Assembly (NCBI GenBank): GCA_051294375.1 | Contig: JBJCIZ010001100.1 | Span: 1 to 13,490, forward strand | Source: Paraspadella gotoi | Taxonomy: Eukaryota > Animalia > Chaetognatha | Length of the DNA stretch: 13,490 nt | Direction: 5' to 3' | Part shown: piece by piece, positions 1 through 9,451 of the stretch | Position numbering within the stretch: position 1 is the stretch's first letter | Layout of the letters: each line of letters begins with the position of its first letter | Made by a program: the position numbers and the translations under genes | Notes under the pieces: generated by a model | Seen by the model: only the letters and a program-made list of their open reading frames with translations | Told to the model about the DNA's origin: nothing | Databases searched by the model: none

Positions 1-84
1 GACCAAGGTTGCGTGTTCTAGATGTTCGTCCACACATCCCGCTTTCGAACTCCTCTCCTTCGAATCTCTTCTCCTTCGATACTC

Positions 85-332
85 CTCTCTCGATCCCTTT
101 CATCCTCGATTTCTCTTTCGACTTCTGGAAAGTTTTAGAAAGTTCTCTTCGATATTCCTCTCTCGATCCCTTCATCCTCGATTTCTCTTTCGACGTCTGG
201 AACATTCTAGAAAGTTCTTTTCAAAAATTCCCTCTCGATCTCTTTCCCTCTCGATTCCTCTTTCGACTTCGGGAAAATTCTTTTCGAAGTTTCTCTCTCG
301 ACCTACCGATTCCTCTTTCGACTTCTAGAAAG
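85..332. repeat. Pyrimidine-rich ~73-bp tandem repeat, about 3.5 degenerate copies
   Basis: Anchor ctcTCGATC recurs at ~90, ~163 and ~235 (spacing 73, 72), each followed by 'ctcgatt(t/c)ctctttcgac(t/g)tc'; a partial fourth copy lies at ~295-332. Confidence 0.85.
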
Positions 333-366
333 CCCATCTAACCTTTTTTTTTCCTCTTTCTCTCCT

Positions 367-577
367 TTCCCACATCGAATTGAGTCACAACTGATCATAA
401 TCGAATCGCGCTGAGCCACAGTAAACGTCGATTCCCTACATTGATTTGAGTCGAATTTAATCATAATCGAATCAAATTGAATCACGTTGAGCCACAGTAA
501 ACGTTGATTCCCCACATCGAATTGAGTCACATTCATCCATAATAGAATCACGTTGAGCCTCATCAAACGTCGATTCA
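367..577. repeat. ~66-76-bp tandem repeat, 3 copies
   Basis: gagccacagtaaacg at ~413 and ~489, gagcctcatcaaacg at ~555; cccacatcgaattgagtcaca at ~369 and ~511. Confidence 0.85.
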
Positions 578-664
578 ATACATCACATTAAATCACATCA
601 AATCTCGATTCCATGCAACGAATTGAGTCACAGTGTTTCGAGATCCTTTCACATTGAATCGCAT

Positions 665-856
665 TGAGTCATTGAGTCATTAAATCATTAAGTAATCGAT
701 TCATTAAGTCACTAAATCATTAAGTCTTTGAGTGATTAAATCATTAAGTATTTGGATCACTGAATCATTAAGTCTTTGAGTGATTAAATCATTAAGTCTT
801 TGGATCACTGAATCATTAAGTCATTGATTTATTAAGTCATTGAATCATTAAGTCAA
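665..856. repeat. 8-bp-based (aatcatta/agtcattg) minisatellite with 24/48-bp higher-order units
   Basis: aatcattaagtctttgagtgattaaatcattaagt(a/c)tttggatcactg is present twice in tandem (~715-810) with one mismatch, flanked by further aatcattaagtc copies. Confidence 0.85.
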
Positions 857-879
857 CAAAGCATTAAATCGCATTGAAT

Positions 880-1005
880 AACATTGGATCACAATAAATC
901 ACGTCGAATCACATCAAATCACATTAAATCACATTAAATCACATTGATCCTCATTGGGTCACATTCAGGTCACATTTGGGTCACACTTAGGTCACATTTA
1001 GTCAC
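880..1005. repeat. 10-bp (aaatcacatt) repeat grading into an 11-bp (RGGTCAcattt) repeat
   Basis: aaatcacatt repeated ~907-945; GGGTCA 956, AGGTCA 967, GGGTCA 978, AGGTCA 989. Confidence 0.8.
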
Positions 1006-1211
1006 AGCGATTCGCGACTAATCGCATCGAGCCACATTTCCCTTTCTCTCTCTTACATTTACAAAAACTAAGTGCACGTAAATTTTACAAAAATTAAGTT
1101 TCCAAATTAAATTCCACAATTAAGTTCCCCAAGTTTTTTCGACGCCAACCCCTCCGCCCCGGTGCCCCTCTTCCCCTCTACTCCCCGAGGCCCCAGAGGA
1201 AAATCATAAAG

Positions 1212-3510
1212 ATGAGTGACTTAGTAAGATCCACTGCTAGGGCCCAGGCGATCCCAGAATCCAACAATGAAGGTGAAGGATCGAATCCCCGCATTAGACA
1301 GAGATCTAGATCAAGATCCCTTGATTATAGTAGATCGACTGTCAGAAGAGCCAGATCGAGCTCAAGGGACGGAAGCGTCAGGCGAAGGGACCCAATGCCC
1401 CTCGCCCGCCCTCCAGCGCCCAACGCCAATGCCAACGGCGACACCATCCTACCCATACCCTCCCCGACCCTGGTGAGTGGACCTCGCTCCCCAATTCCAA
1501 ACAAGGAGAAGCACTCCTCCACCTTTGCAGAGCGATGACTCTAGCGATGACGAAGGGGAAGAGATAACATGGTCTCAAAAACTTGAAAATATTTGTCTTG
1601 ACAATGAGAGACTAAAATGAGCGTCTCAACACTCACCTCAGAGTCTAGCCTAAAAACACAGAGAAAACACTCACCTCAAACAATGCCTTTCGGAGGCAGA
1701 GATGGATATCATCAATTACAAAGACAAAAATGAGGATCTTGCAAGGGAAAACGCTGAGCTTAGGGCAACTTTAGAATCAATGAGAAATGAGGACAGGGAA
1801 AGAGCTGCATTAGAGGCTGCAAGAGAGATTGACAGAAAACTCATCGATGATGAAACTGCATCCTCTGCCTCACCAGCAACGTCAACAATTGCACTCCAAC
1901 ACAATTAGCCAGACAGCGATCGGCCAAGCGGTCACTTTCGACTCGAAATGAATCGATCGAGGTCAGGCCGCCGACCCCCAATCAACCCATGCCTCTACCC
2001 AGGACCCCGGTCACCTCCCTCCACCTCCCCGAATCCTTAACCACTGAGACAGACAATACGTGTCAGCCCTGAAGAAGAGCTGAGAAAGTTGTACAAAAAG
2101 AAAGAGGCCTACGCTCAAATTGAGAGAAATGACATCGATGCTCTCAGGCGTGAGAAGCATGGATGTTGACAGCGAGCGTTCAGGCCGCGATAGCAAGAAA
2201 TCCACTGTTAAGTCGATTCCCAAAAGCTCTATTATATATGATGATGATGACGATGACGACAAACAGACAAGAAACGATGACGTCATGATGAGACGCGTCC
2301 TGTGTGACAAATCCATTCCCCTGAAAGCAAAGAACTTTCCATCCAGAGAATCTAGCGCCTCTTTCTCTGATTACTAATTGCACTCAAAACATATATAAAT
2401 GCCTTTATTTATAAAGGACACAAAGACAACAAAGTAGCAGGAGAACTTTTCAACCATGCATCAAAAGCCTCCTATGGAACAAAATTTTTGAGGCAAGTCG
2501 CTTATCAGGGACTCGATAAGAGAAAGCTCACAGTAAAAGGAGTTTTGAGGTTCTAGAGTCTTGTGATTATGAAACATTGCTACCTCACTCCTTATGACGA
2601 TTCCAACACTAGCCGCATGCACAATGAGGATCCAATCGATTTCCTAGACAGGGTCGAGCAGGGTTATGAGGACATGAAAATTCCCACCACCACAAGAGGT
2701 TACTCTGGCAGAAGATTGCATGTAGTCAAATCACGTTTCATTGAGGGCGGTAACTTCCCAGAATGGATAGTTAGCCGCTTAGTCAGAATAGCGACCTCAC
2801 TGACATGGCAATGACATGTCGGAGCTTACTGGCTAATAGACAAAACAAGAAGTCTTTCCAACAACCATACCAACAAACAGATTCCACAAACCAACAATTC
2901 AACAACCAAAAAGATCAAATAATCGAAATCAGTTCCAAAATGGCTTCAATAACAACAGTAATGGGTACTCTAGGCAATATCGACCACAACAACAACAACA
3001 CACAGCAATACAGTGCACCACAACAATATACGCAACTGCAGCTCCCTCCCCCACCCCCTTATTACAAATCACGGCCCCACACACAACAACAACAACTCGC
3101 TTTCCAGCTGTGGCTCCGCCAAACAACCAACAAGCAGCCCAGCCTCCACACAACAACAACAAACTCGACCTCCGAGCTACAACGTTACCTCAATGGCAAC
3201 CAGCCAAAACCTTTTGTCAGACCAGATGGTTCGTCACCTTTCGACCCAAGGTTTCTGACAGATTCCAGCCCCACCTGGAACCCAGAGAATGCCACCTAAT
3301 GCAGAAGGCGACCCATCGTTCAGGGGAAAAGTTTGCCAGAATTGCCGACAAGTGAATTCCCATGAGACTTCATATTGCCAATTTAAAAACTTTTGCGCAT
3401 TATGCAACATTGAAGGTGACCATGTGACACGATGGTGTCCCTTCTCACAACAGGCGACGGCAGGCGTCAACAAAATCAAACAGGTTGACGGCCACCGGCG
3501 TCCCGGGTGA
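1212..3510 (+). pseudogene. gag: gag-like region, fragmented by frameshifts (SR-rich N-terminus, coiled coil, capsid-like domain, Q/N/P-rich linker, nucleocapsid knuckles)
   Basis: Chain of + ORF fragments: RSRSRSLDYSRS (1212-1538), coiled-coil-like EDLARENAELRATLESMRNE (1702-1908), capsid C-terminal-like MHNEDPIDFLDRVEQGYEDM...KSRFIEG (2563-2814), Q/N-rich stretch (2805-3299), two Cys/His knuckles (3334-3438). Confidence 0.8.
3334..3438 (+). other. Tandem zinc knuckles, both CX2CX5HX4C
   Basis: CQNCRQVNSHETSYC-QFKNF-CALCNIEGDHVTRWC in ORF 3289-3510. Confidence 0.85.
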
Positions 3511-3563
3511 GAAATGTTTTGAGAACCTCGTAGAAATAATTTCCCAAACATTTAACAATAAAT

Positions 3564-3815
3564 TTGACTCTGTACATAATGCACCGCAACTGTATCATAG
3601 CAGCATATAATAATCATTTCCGTCTGAGACCCTCTGACACCTTCTCAGATCACATTGAGGATCTACCTGGGGGCGTCGTCATCGATGCCATTGCCAAAGC
3701 AATAAATTGCGACATTGAAGTCTTTGCTGACAAAACTTGTACTATAAAACCTTCGAAAACCATATATACTGCATGTCTTTGAGTTTAGCTTTTGCAACAA
3801 ACACTTTTGCACCAT
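3564..3815 (+). pseudogene. Candidate OTU-like/papain-like cysteine protease domain between gag and the aspartic protease
   Basis: RNCIIAAYN (Cys codon 3591-3593), then GGVVIDAIAKAINCDIEVF, then after one +1 shift in the T-run at 3778-3780, LEFSFCNKHF (His codon 3802-3804). Resembles the OTU pattern GNC(L/F)xxA...E(I/L)xA(L/I)xxx(L)xxxIxV(F/Y)...LxYxxxH(Y/F). Pattern recognition only. Confidence 0.45.
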
Positions 3816-4086
3816 ATTTGTAGAAAGGCCGCGAACGCATGCCCCGCCCCACTTTGCCCATGAGTAACTTTGAAACCAAGATCAAACCATGTTTTGCGCA
3901 GTTATTAGGTATGAGAAAAGAAACTAGAGATCTACTTATCAATGCAGTGGGTGATAATGAGACAAAAAAAACGTATTCACGACATCCTGAAAGGAGTAAC
4001 AAATCGCGAAAAATCAGGAAAGTATTGCGCTGACCAGATCCAACTCCAGTATTCACGCCAACCGAAAACCCACCAATATTGCACCA

Positions 4087-4290
4087 CCCCAAATCATGCC
4101 CCAATCTGTCCCGAGGGACAGATTCAGATAAACCTCCCCAAACCATACCCAATCAGTCCCAAGGGGACGGAATCAGATAAAACCCCACAATTCATACCAT
4201 TCAGTTCCCAAGGGGACAAAATCTGAAATTTACTCCCAAACTGTGCCCCAACCAGTTCCCAAGGGAATAAATCCAGTAAATCGCTCCCAG
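4087..4290 (+). repeat. ~48-51-bp coding-like tandem repeat, 4 copies (Pro-rich 16-17 aa units)
   Basis: Anchor tccc(g/a)aggg at ~4109, 4157, 4206, 4257, each preceded by cc(c/a)aa...cc. Confidence 0.75.
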
Positions 4291-4544
4291 GATATCACAG
4301 AGCACTCCAAAGCTAACCACAACCAAGTTTGGGATAAGGACATAGGGGAAAACCTCCCAATTTAGAAAATGAGGAATGTTTATTACACTCACAATCCAAA
4401 GGGAACCCCTGGGTAAAAGAATCCACAGCCAATGAATGTACAATCACAAATATGCTTTAACATGGTCCACTTCCCCTTAAACAAATCAAACACAGTAACC
4501 TTCCAACAAGTACTCAACACTAACCAACAAGGTAAGAGGTCTAA

Positions 4545-4850
4545 CCTTTATTTAGTTGGAATATTTAACAATAAACTCGTAAAAGAAATGGTCTAGATAC
4601 AGGAGCCACGACCTCACTAATCAGCAACGAATTAGCTAAGGACTTACAAATGTACATTGAACCTACTGAAAGCTGTAACCATTAATACGGCAAATGGCTC
4701 TCATAATAGCAAACAAAATAGCAAAGGCATTAGTTGACCTGGTTGTAGTAAAAACAGTTTATCCTTCTTAGTCATTGAGAATAGCGACTACCCCCATCTT
4801 TTATTCTTATAGGAAATTCTTTCTTGCAAACCTACAAATTCAGGCTTGAA
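4545..4850 (+). pseudogene. Retropepsin-like aspartic protease (frameshifted)
   Basis: LYLVGIFNNKLVKEM / LDTGATTSLIS (DTGA 4596-4607), flap INTANGS at 4681, ILIGNSFLQTY at ~4803. Confidence 0.9.
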
Positions 4851-5679
4851 AGGGATTTGCTCCATCTCACGGACTCCATAGCTATTCCACTCATGCAAAG
4901 GGCACAAAAATGCTGAGAAACATATCCACTATAAGAACGTAACTATATTTCCATAAGCGGTGACAAAATAAAAATCAATGAGGATAAATCCCTCACTCCC
5001 AACAGTCACATCATAGTAAATCTACACATGGGAGCTAAGAGAGTACTAGGTTGCTGACACGCATAGACACTTTGAGAATAATATTACTAGTATTCCCGGT
5101 GTTTATGCCCTAGACCTTTTAGTCAACAGAAGACACGACTACCATAAAGATCCGATAAAAATAGTCATAGAAACGATACCACAAACTAGTCGTACTACCC
5201 AGCTGGAATGATTATCGGAACACTTAAACCAGTAGTAGACCAACAGTTGCAATCTGAACTGGCTAACTGTCCTCTGGCAGAAACAACGGCTTTAGCATCC
5301 GCACAAATCCAGAAACAACTGTCAAAATCCTATGAGTCTAGCAATAAAAACATGCTTTCTGGAAACATCAACGAAGACGACAGAGAAGAGGGGGAAATCA
5401 TAAGTGGGACGAAGACGAAATCCTTGACCAGATGAGGACTACTCAGGAGAAAACATACCGGCTGGCTCAATGACAGACTCGACAACATGACTCAACAAGA
5501 AAACAATGAAAACAATGACTTAGGCCAAAACAAGGAACAGGGTCCTTCCAAATTCACGTCCATAGTAGATAGGAATGACATGTCCAAAGAGGATATTGAC
5601 AAAGCAATCGACAAGGTACAAAAGGACATAGAGGAATATTGGGATCAAAAAGGGAGAGAAGCCTTGTTGGGAAAGGTAG

Positions 5680-6520
5680 AATTTGGTAAAGGACTGACTG
5701 AGGCACAGAAGGCCAGATGTGAGGAATTGACATGGAAGTACAGATGCCTATTTGCAACTAGTTTCCAGCACTCAGAAGCAGGGGTACGAGATCATGCTAT
5801 CGACATTGCTTATGAGCAGATAAGGTCACCGCATCCAATCCTAGGCCTACAGGAATATTCAGAAAGATTATTATCCAGGTACATTGACATCTTACTCAGA
5901 GCTAACATCCTAGAACCATCAAAGTACTCATCCATTGCAAATGCATTTGTCATAGAAAAGAAAAACTGCAAAATTAGATCCATTGACCAACTGAATACTG
6001 CTACTGATGAGGAATATATGCAAACTTTAGGTTCGTAGCTGACCAAGCACACTTGTGCAAAGCACTCAAGCCATTTTCGAACTACTTGTCAGCATGCGCG
6101 AGATGATCAGTTAATGGAATGCAATGCATACTATACTGTGAATCGATTTCTCGAATTTCTTCTATAACATTGTCATCTCTGAGAAGTCACGCCCAGTTAC
6201 GGCTATCTATGGAGGCGACGGGAAAAGCTACAACTTTACCAGGGCAACCATGGGTGCTAGCCCGACCTTCCCACAACATCTAGGATAATTGAGCTGACCT
6301 TTCGGGATGACTTTAACATTGATGCTTACATGAGCTATGCCGACAATTTCATATTGAAAGCACACTCAGCCGACGAAGGGATAGACCAGTATGAAATTTT
6401 TTAAAGCGTTGCAAATACCAAAACTTGCTCTTGAAACCTGGGGAAGTGTGCGTGGCCATGAATATTGAGAACGGCAGTGAGTTCCATTCCTAGGTTTCCA
6501 ATTCCAGGATGCAGGATCTT
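5680..6520 (+). pseudogene. pol: Reverse transcriptase, Ty3/Gypsy-type but divergent (frameshifted)
   Basis: LTEAQKARCEELTWKYRCLF, HAIDI, IDILLRANILEPS, AFVIEKK, RFVAD (6029-6043), IDFSNFFYNIVISEKSRPVTAI (6142+), YNFTRATMGA (to 6258), YADNFIL (6336+), LLLKPG and FLGFQ near 6490. Confidence 0.9.
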
Positions 6521-6789
6521 TCCGGGAGAAAGAAACTTCTGACTATTCCACAAGGCCCCTCCCTACACAGCAGAAAGAAAGTACAGCAACTGCACAATCA
6601 CTAGTTTCTTTCGCTCTTCAGCCACGTTTCGCTTTCGAGCAGAAACAACTCTACATGGAGCTAGAAAGACAAAGAGAATCGGCTAGCAAATTCAAACTCA
6701 CTCCCAAAATGATAGTCCATCTAAGAGAAATGCTACACTTAGTCACCAACTCAATGGTTACACCTTTGGAGAAGGAGACATAGAAAAAG

Positions 6790-7160
6790 CGTTTTCCTCT
6801 TTTCACAGATGCATCAGAATACAGCTACGGTGCACGCCTTATTCACCATGAGAGGAAAAGCTAATGTGCTTATACACGTTTTCACACCATGTTCAACCAA
6901 CAGCAAATGAAATACCACATTAAACCGAAGGAACTGATTGGTCTATGCAACAGCCTTGACCAGATGGCACTCTTACTACGGTTTCGCAAGTTTTTCGTTG
7001 TCACAGACTCAGCATCTGTCCATAATTGGGCTAGGAAGAGATTGCGTCCTTCCAACCTCTGTCAGGGCATCCATGCTCCATATGAGGGAAACCTTCTGTT
7101 TCCGCACAATCTTGTGCAAGTCAATGAACAATTAGCTGACCTGCTGACGCGCTTTGTCAA
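6790..7160 (+). pseudogene. RNase H of Ty3/Gypsy type, preceded by an RT connection segment at ~6560-6760
   Basis: FTDASEYSYGA 6802-6834; QQQMKYHIKPKELIGLCNSL; FFVVTDSASVHNW; NEQLADLLTR ending ~7152 (D-E-D-D catalytic set). Confidence 0.9.
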
Positions 7161-8018
7161 ACCTCAAACCCACTATGAGCAAGCCGAAGACACGCTCTTT
7201 AAGGCTAGCGTAGATGGTAAAGTTCCACACCACTTAGAGGACCTAGAAGATCCCAGAAACACTCGCTGATGAGCTTAGAAACACAAATAAAGCATTCATG
7301 GAAACCACAGCTCCCGACCATATCGAGGACGTAATTACTGACAGTACTAGAGCCTCGAACAGACTGTTACATGGCTACTGACGTAAACGAACAAAAGTTA
7401 GGAATGCCCGCCATTAAGAGGAAGAAAGACCAAACTCTAGAAGAAAACGAACAAGAGCAAGAAATAAGACAGTCAAAAAGGCTAGCAGTAAAGAAAGAGA
7501 GAAAAACATATGAAAGGATCCCACAAACAATCCATAACACCCAACCAACACAATCTGGGGCAGACATTGCCAATATAAGCTCAACTAAACCATTAAACAT
7601 AGATTCAGTAAAGCCAGGTCCCCAATAACACCCTGATACTAGAGTTCAAGGCGGTGACAAAGCTTACATCATCTCCCCAGTAACAATAGGCCAAGAAGGA
7701 TCTATGGAATGTCAAATCCTGCCAAAACCAACCCCTATCAGCTCTGAAAACAGATATTCCTCCCCCCGGGCCCCTCCCAGAAACTTTGCCCCAAATCCAT
7801 ACCCCAGGGGATGAGCATTTGGGTACGTTATAAAAGCGATTCAGATACCAACAAAGTAGACGAGTTTAAACAGCGCAATACCGAAACAGAAGGCATCACA
7901 ATTGAGTTACAGAAAATAATGACAAAGACGACATAGGCTGTCTCTGTGCCATCACGGATTGAATCAACCCTCCATCAGGTCTGCAAACTAGGAATATAGA
8001 AACACCTCAAGCCTAGTT

Positions 8019-8285
8019 TTGAACAATACAGAACGATTCGAAAAAGGAGAAACAGTTTTAATTTGGCGAAATTTCGTTGAGAGAGAGAAAAATACAAAAG
8101 TTAAGAGTTTACAATATAAACTTTATCCCAAATATGAATTAGCAAAAGTCATTAACAAAACTGGAGATAATTACCTTGTCGAACCCATAGATGGTGCCAC
8201 TCCCCGTGTTGTACACCGACGCACCATGAAAAAAGTCCACAAGGACATAGCGCCACCATCGCGAGTAAGCAAAGAGCCACAATAA
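8019..8285 (+). pseudogene. Integrase C-terminal GPY/F-like (SH3-fold) module, end of pol
   Basis: RFEKGETVLIWR...KLYPKYELAKVINKTGDNYLVE...RVVHRRTMKK matches the FxxGDxV...KLxPx(W/Y)xGP(Y/F)xV...Y...xVHxxxLK pattern, with the GPY itself diverged; stop TAA at 8283-8285. Confidence 0.75.
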
Positions 8286-9451
8286 TTTCTTATCGCCTAT
8301 TTTTGCAAATTGTCAGAGCGGCGCGAGCTTCGGCTACCGACATCTTTCGCGTGTGACGATGCCACCTGGAAACGCCTCGCCCCACCGGAAGTCGCCCGCG
8401 CGCTGCTCCGACGCCTCAACTAACCCAACCTCCCACCGACGGCGCCTTTCCAGTCGAGGTTTGTGCAACTGGCCAGTGCCCTGCCCCCGAGACGCTGTCC
8501 ATAGCTATATAGCAACGGGAAAAACGATTTTTGCCTCACATTATTTACTCAAACTAACCAGATTTTGTCACAAATTCACGTAAGTCGATCGCAGTCAATT
8601 ACTACATAAAGTAGAAAACATTACTTCACCATTAAGGCTCCAAAAAGGCGCATCATCACAAATCTCTATTCATATTTAATTATAAACAACTCAATAGCTA
8701 AATTTTAAATCGAACAACTAGCAAATGACTCAATTACTATTGGTTTCTTCTCTCCTTTCTCAACGAAATTTTTCCTTTCTTTTCCTTCCTTTTCTTTCTT
8801 CCCACTATCTCTCCAACGCCACCGACATCACAAATTTGCAAGAGATACTTAAAAATAAAAAAATCCGCTCACCCACTCACACTAAAACTAGCTTAGTACT
8901 TCAATTGTGACAAAAGACAATCTGCGATATGCAAAATAAAAAGGGTAATAAGAAAATCATGTTTGCACCTGAGAGAATTTTTTTTATTCCACAATCTCAA
9001 ATAACAAAGCAATAGACTAAAAGTTTCTTCAAAAAAAAAAAATTCACAGCATATTCCATATTTCACATGTAAAAGTAACAATAAAACAAAAGTCAGTAAT
9101 GATATCTAATTAACAATCAGCGATAACTAATTAACAATCAGTAAACGGTAAAATCTAAAGTCTAAGGGTAAACAGTAAATAAAACAAAAGAGCTAACAAT
9201 AAACACGTAAAAAATAAAAAATAAAGAAGTGTTTTTGCTCCTCTAAGTTACACTATTAATCGCATTTAATACGAACGGACTTTAGAGCTACAAGTAAACG
9301 CGTCAAATATGGCAAGAGAACATCATAACTGGATATTTCAATAATAATAGAGAGTTCAAACTTGCTAAACAAAAAAAAAAAGAGAAAACACAAACATAAC
9401 GAGACATAAAAATATGACAATAGAGATAATAATGACTGATATAAAACTAAT

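Larger units (their letters stand above)
1..8285 (+). mobile_element. Ty3/Gypsy-like LTR retrotransposon, internal region (leader-gag-PR-RT-RNaseH-[integrase core not found]-GPY/F-like end), frameshift-disrupted; true boundaries not visible
   Basis: Ordered motifs found by manual translation: Zn knuckles 3334-3438, LDTGATTSLIS 4593+, RT IDFSNFFYNI 6142+ and YADN 6336-6347, RNase H FTDASEYSYGA 6802-6834, GPY/F-like FEKGETVLIW ~8037+. The PR-RT-RH-(IN) order is that of Ty3/Gypsy. Confidence 0.9.

Noticed and set aside
1-12. Window starts with gaccaagg, which could be the tail of a TGG(C/T)GACC primer-binding site
   Set aside because: The diagnostic TGG and the LTR end lie outside the window, so it cannot be supported.
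9-578. ORFs 9-341 (+) and 303-578 (-)
   Set aside because: Products simply mirror the low-complexity tandem repeats and have non-ATG starts.
85-1005. CRISPR-like array
   Set aside because: Repeats are contiguous degenerate tandem units with no unique spacers, no cas genes are present, and the context is eukaryotic.
4900-5200. Possible dUTPase-like domain after the protease
   Set aside because: Beta-rich-looking fragments only; none of the five dUTPase motifs is recognisable.
1325-6052. Numerous minus-strand ORFs opposite gag-pol
   Set aside because: Antisense shadows of the coding strand with no motifs.
9101-9141. 21-bp tandem duplication (ctaattaacaatcag x2), and aacactcacctca x2 at 1628/1666
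   Set aside because: Short local duplications with no further structure; likely slippage.
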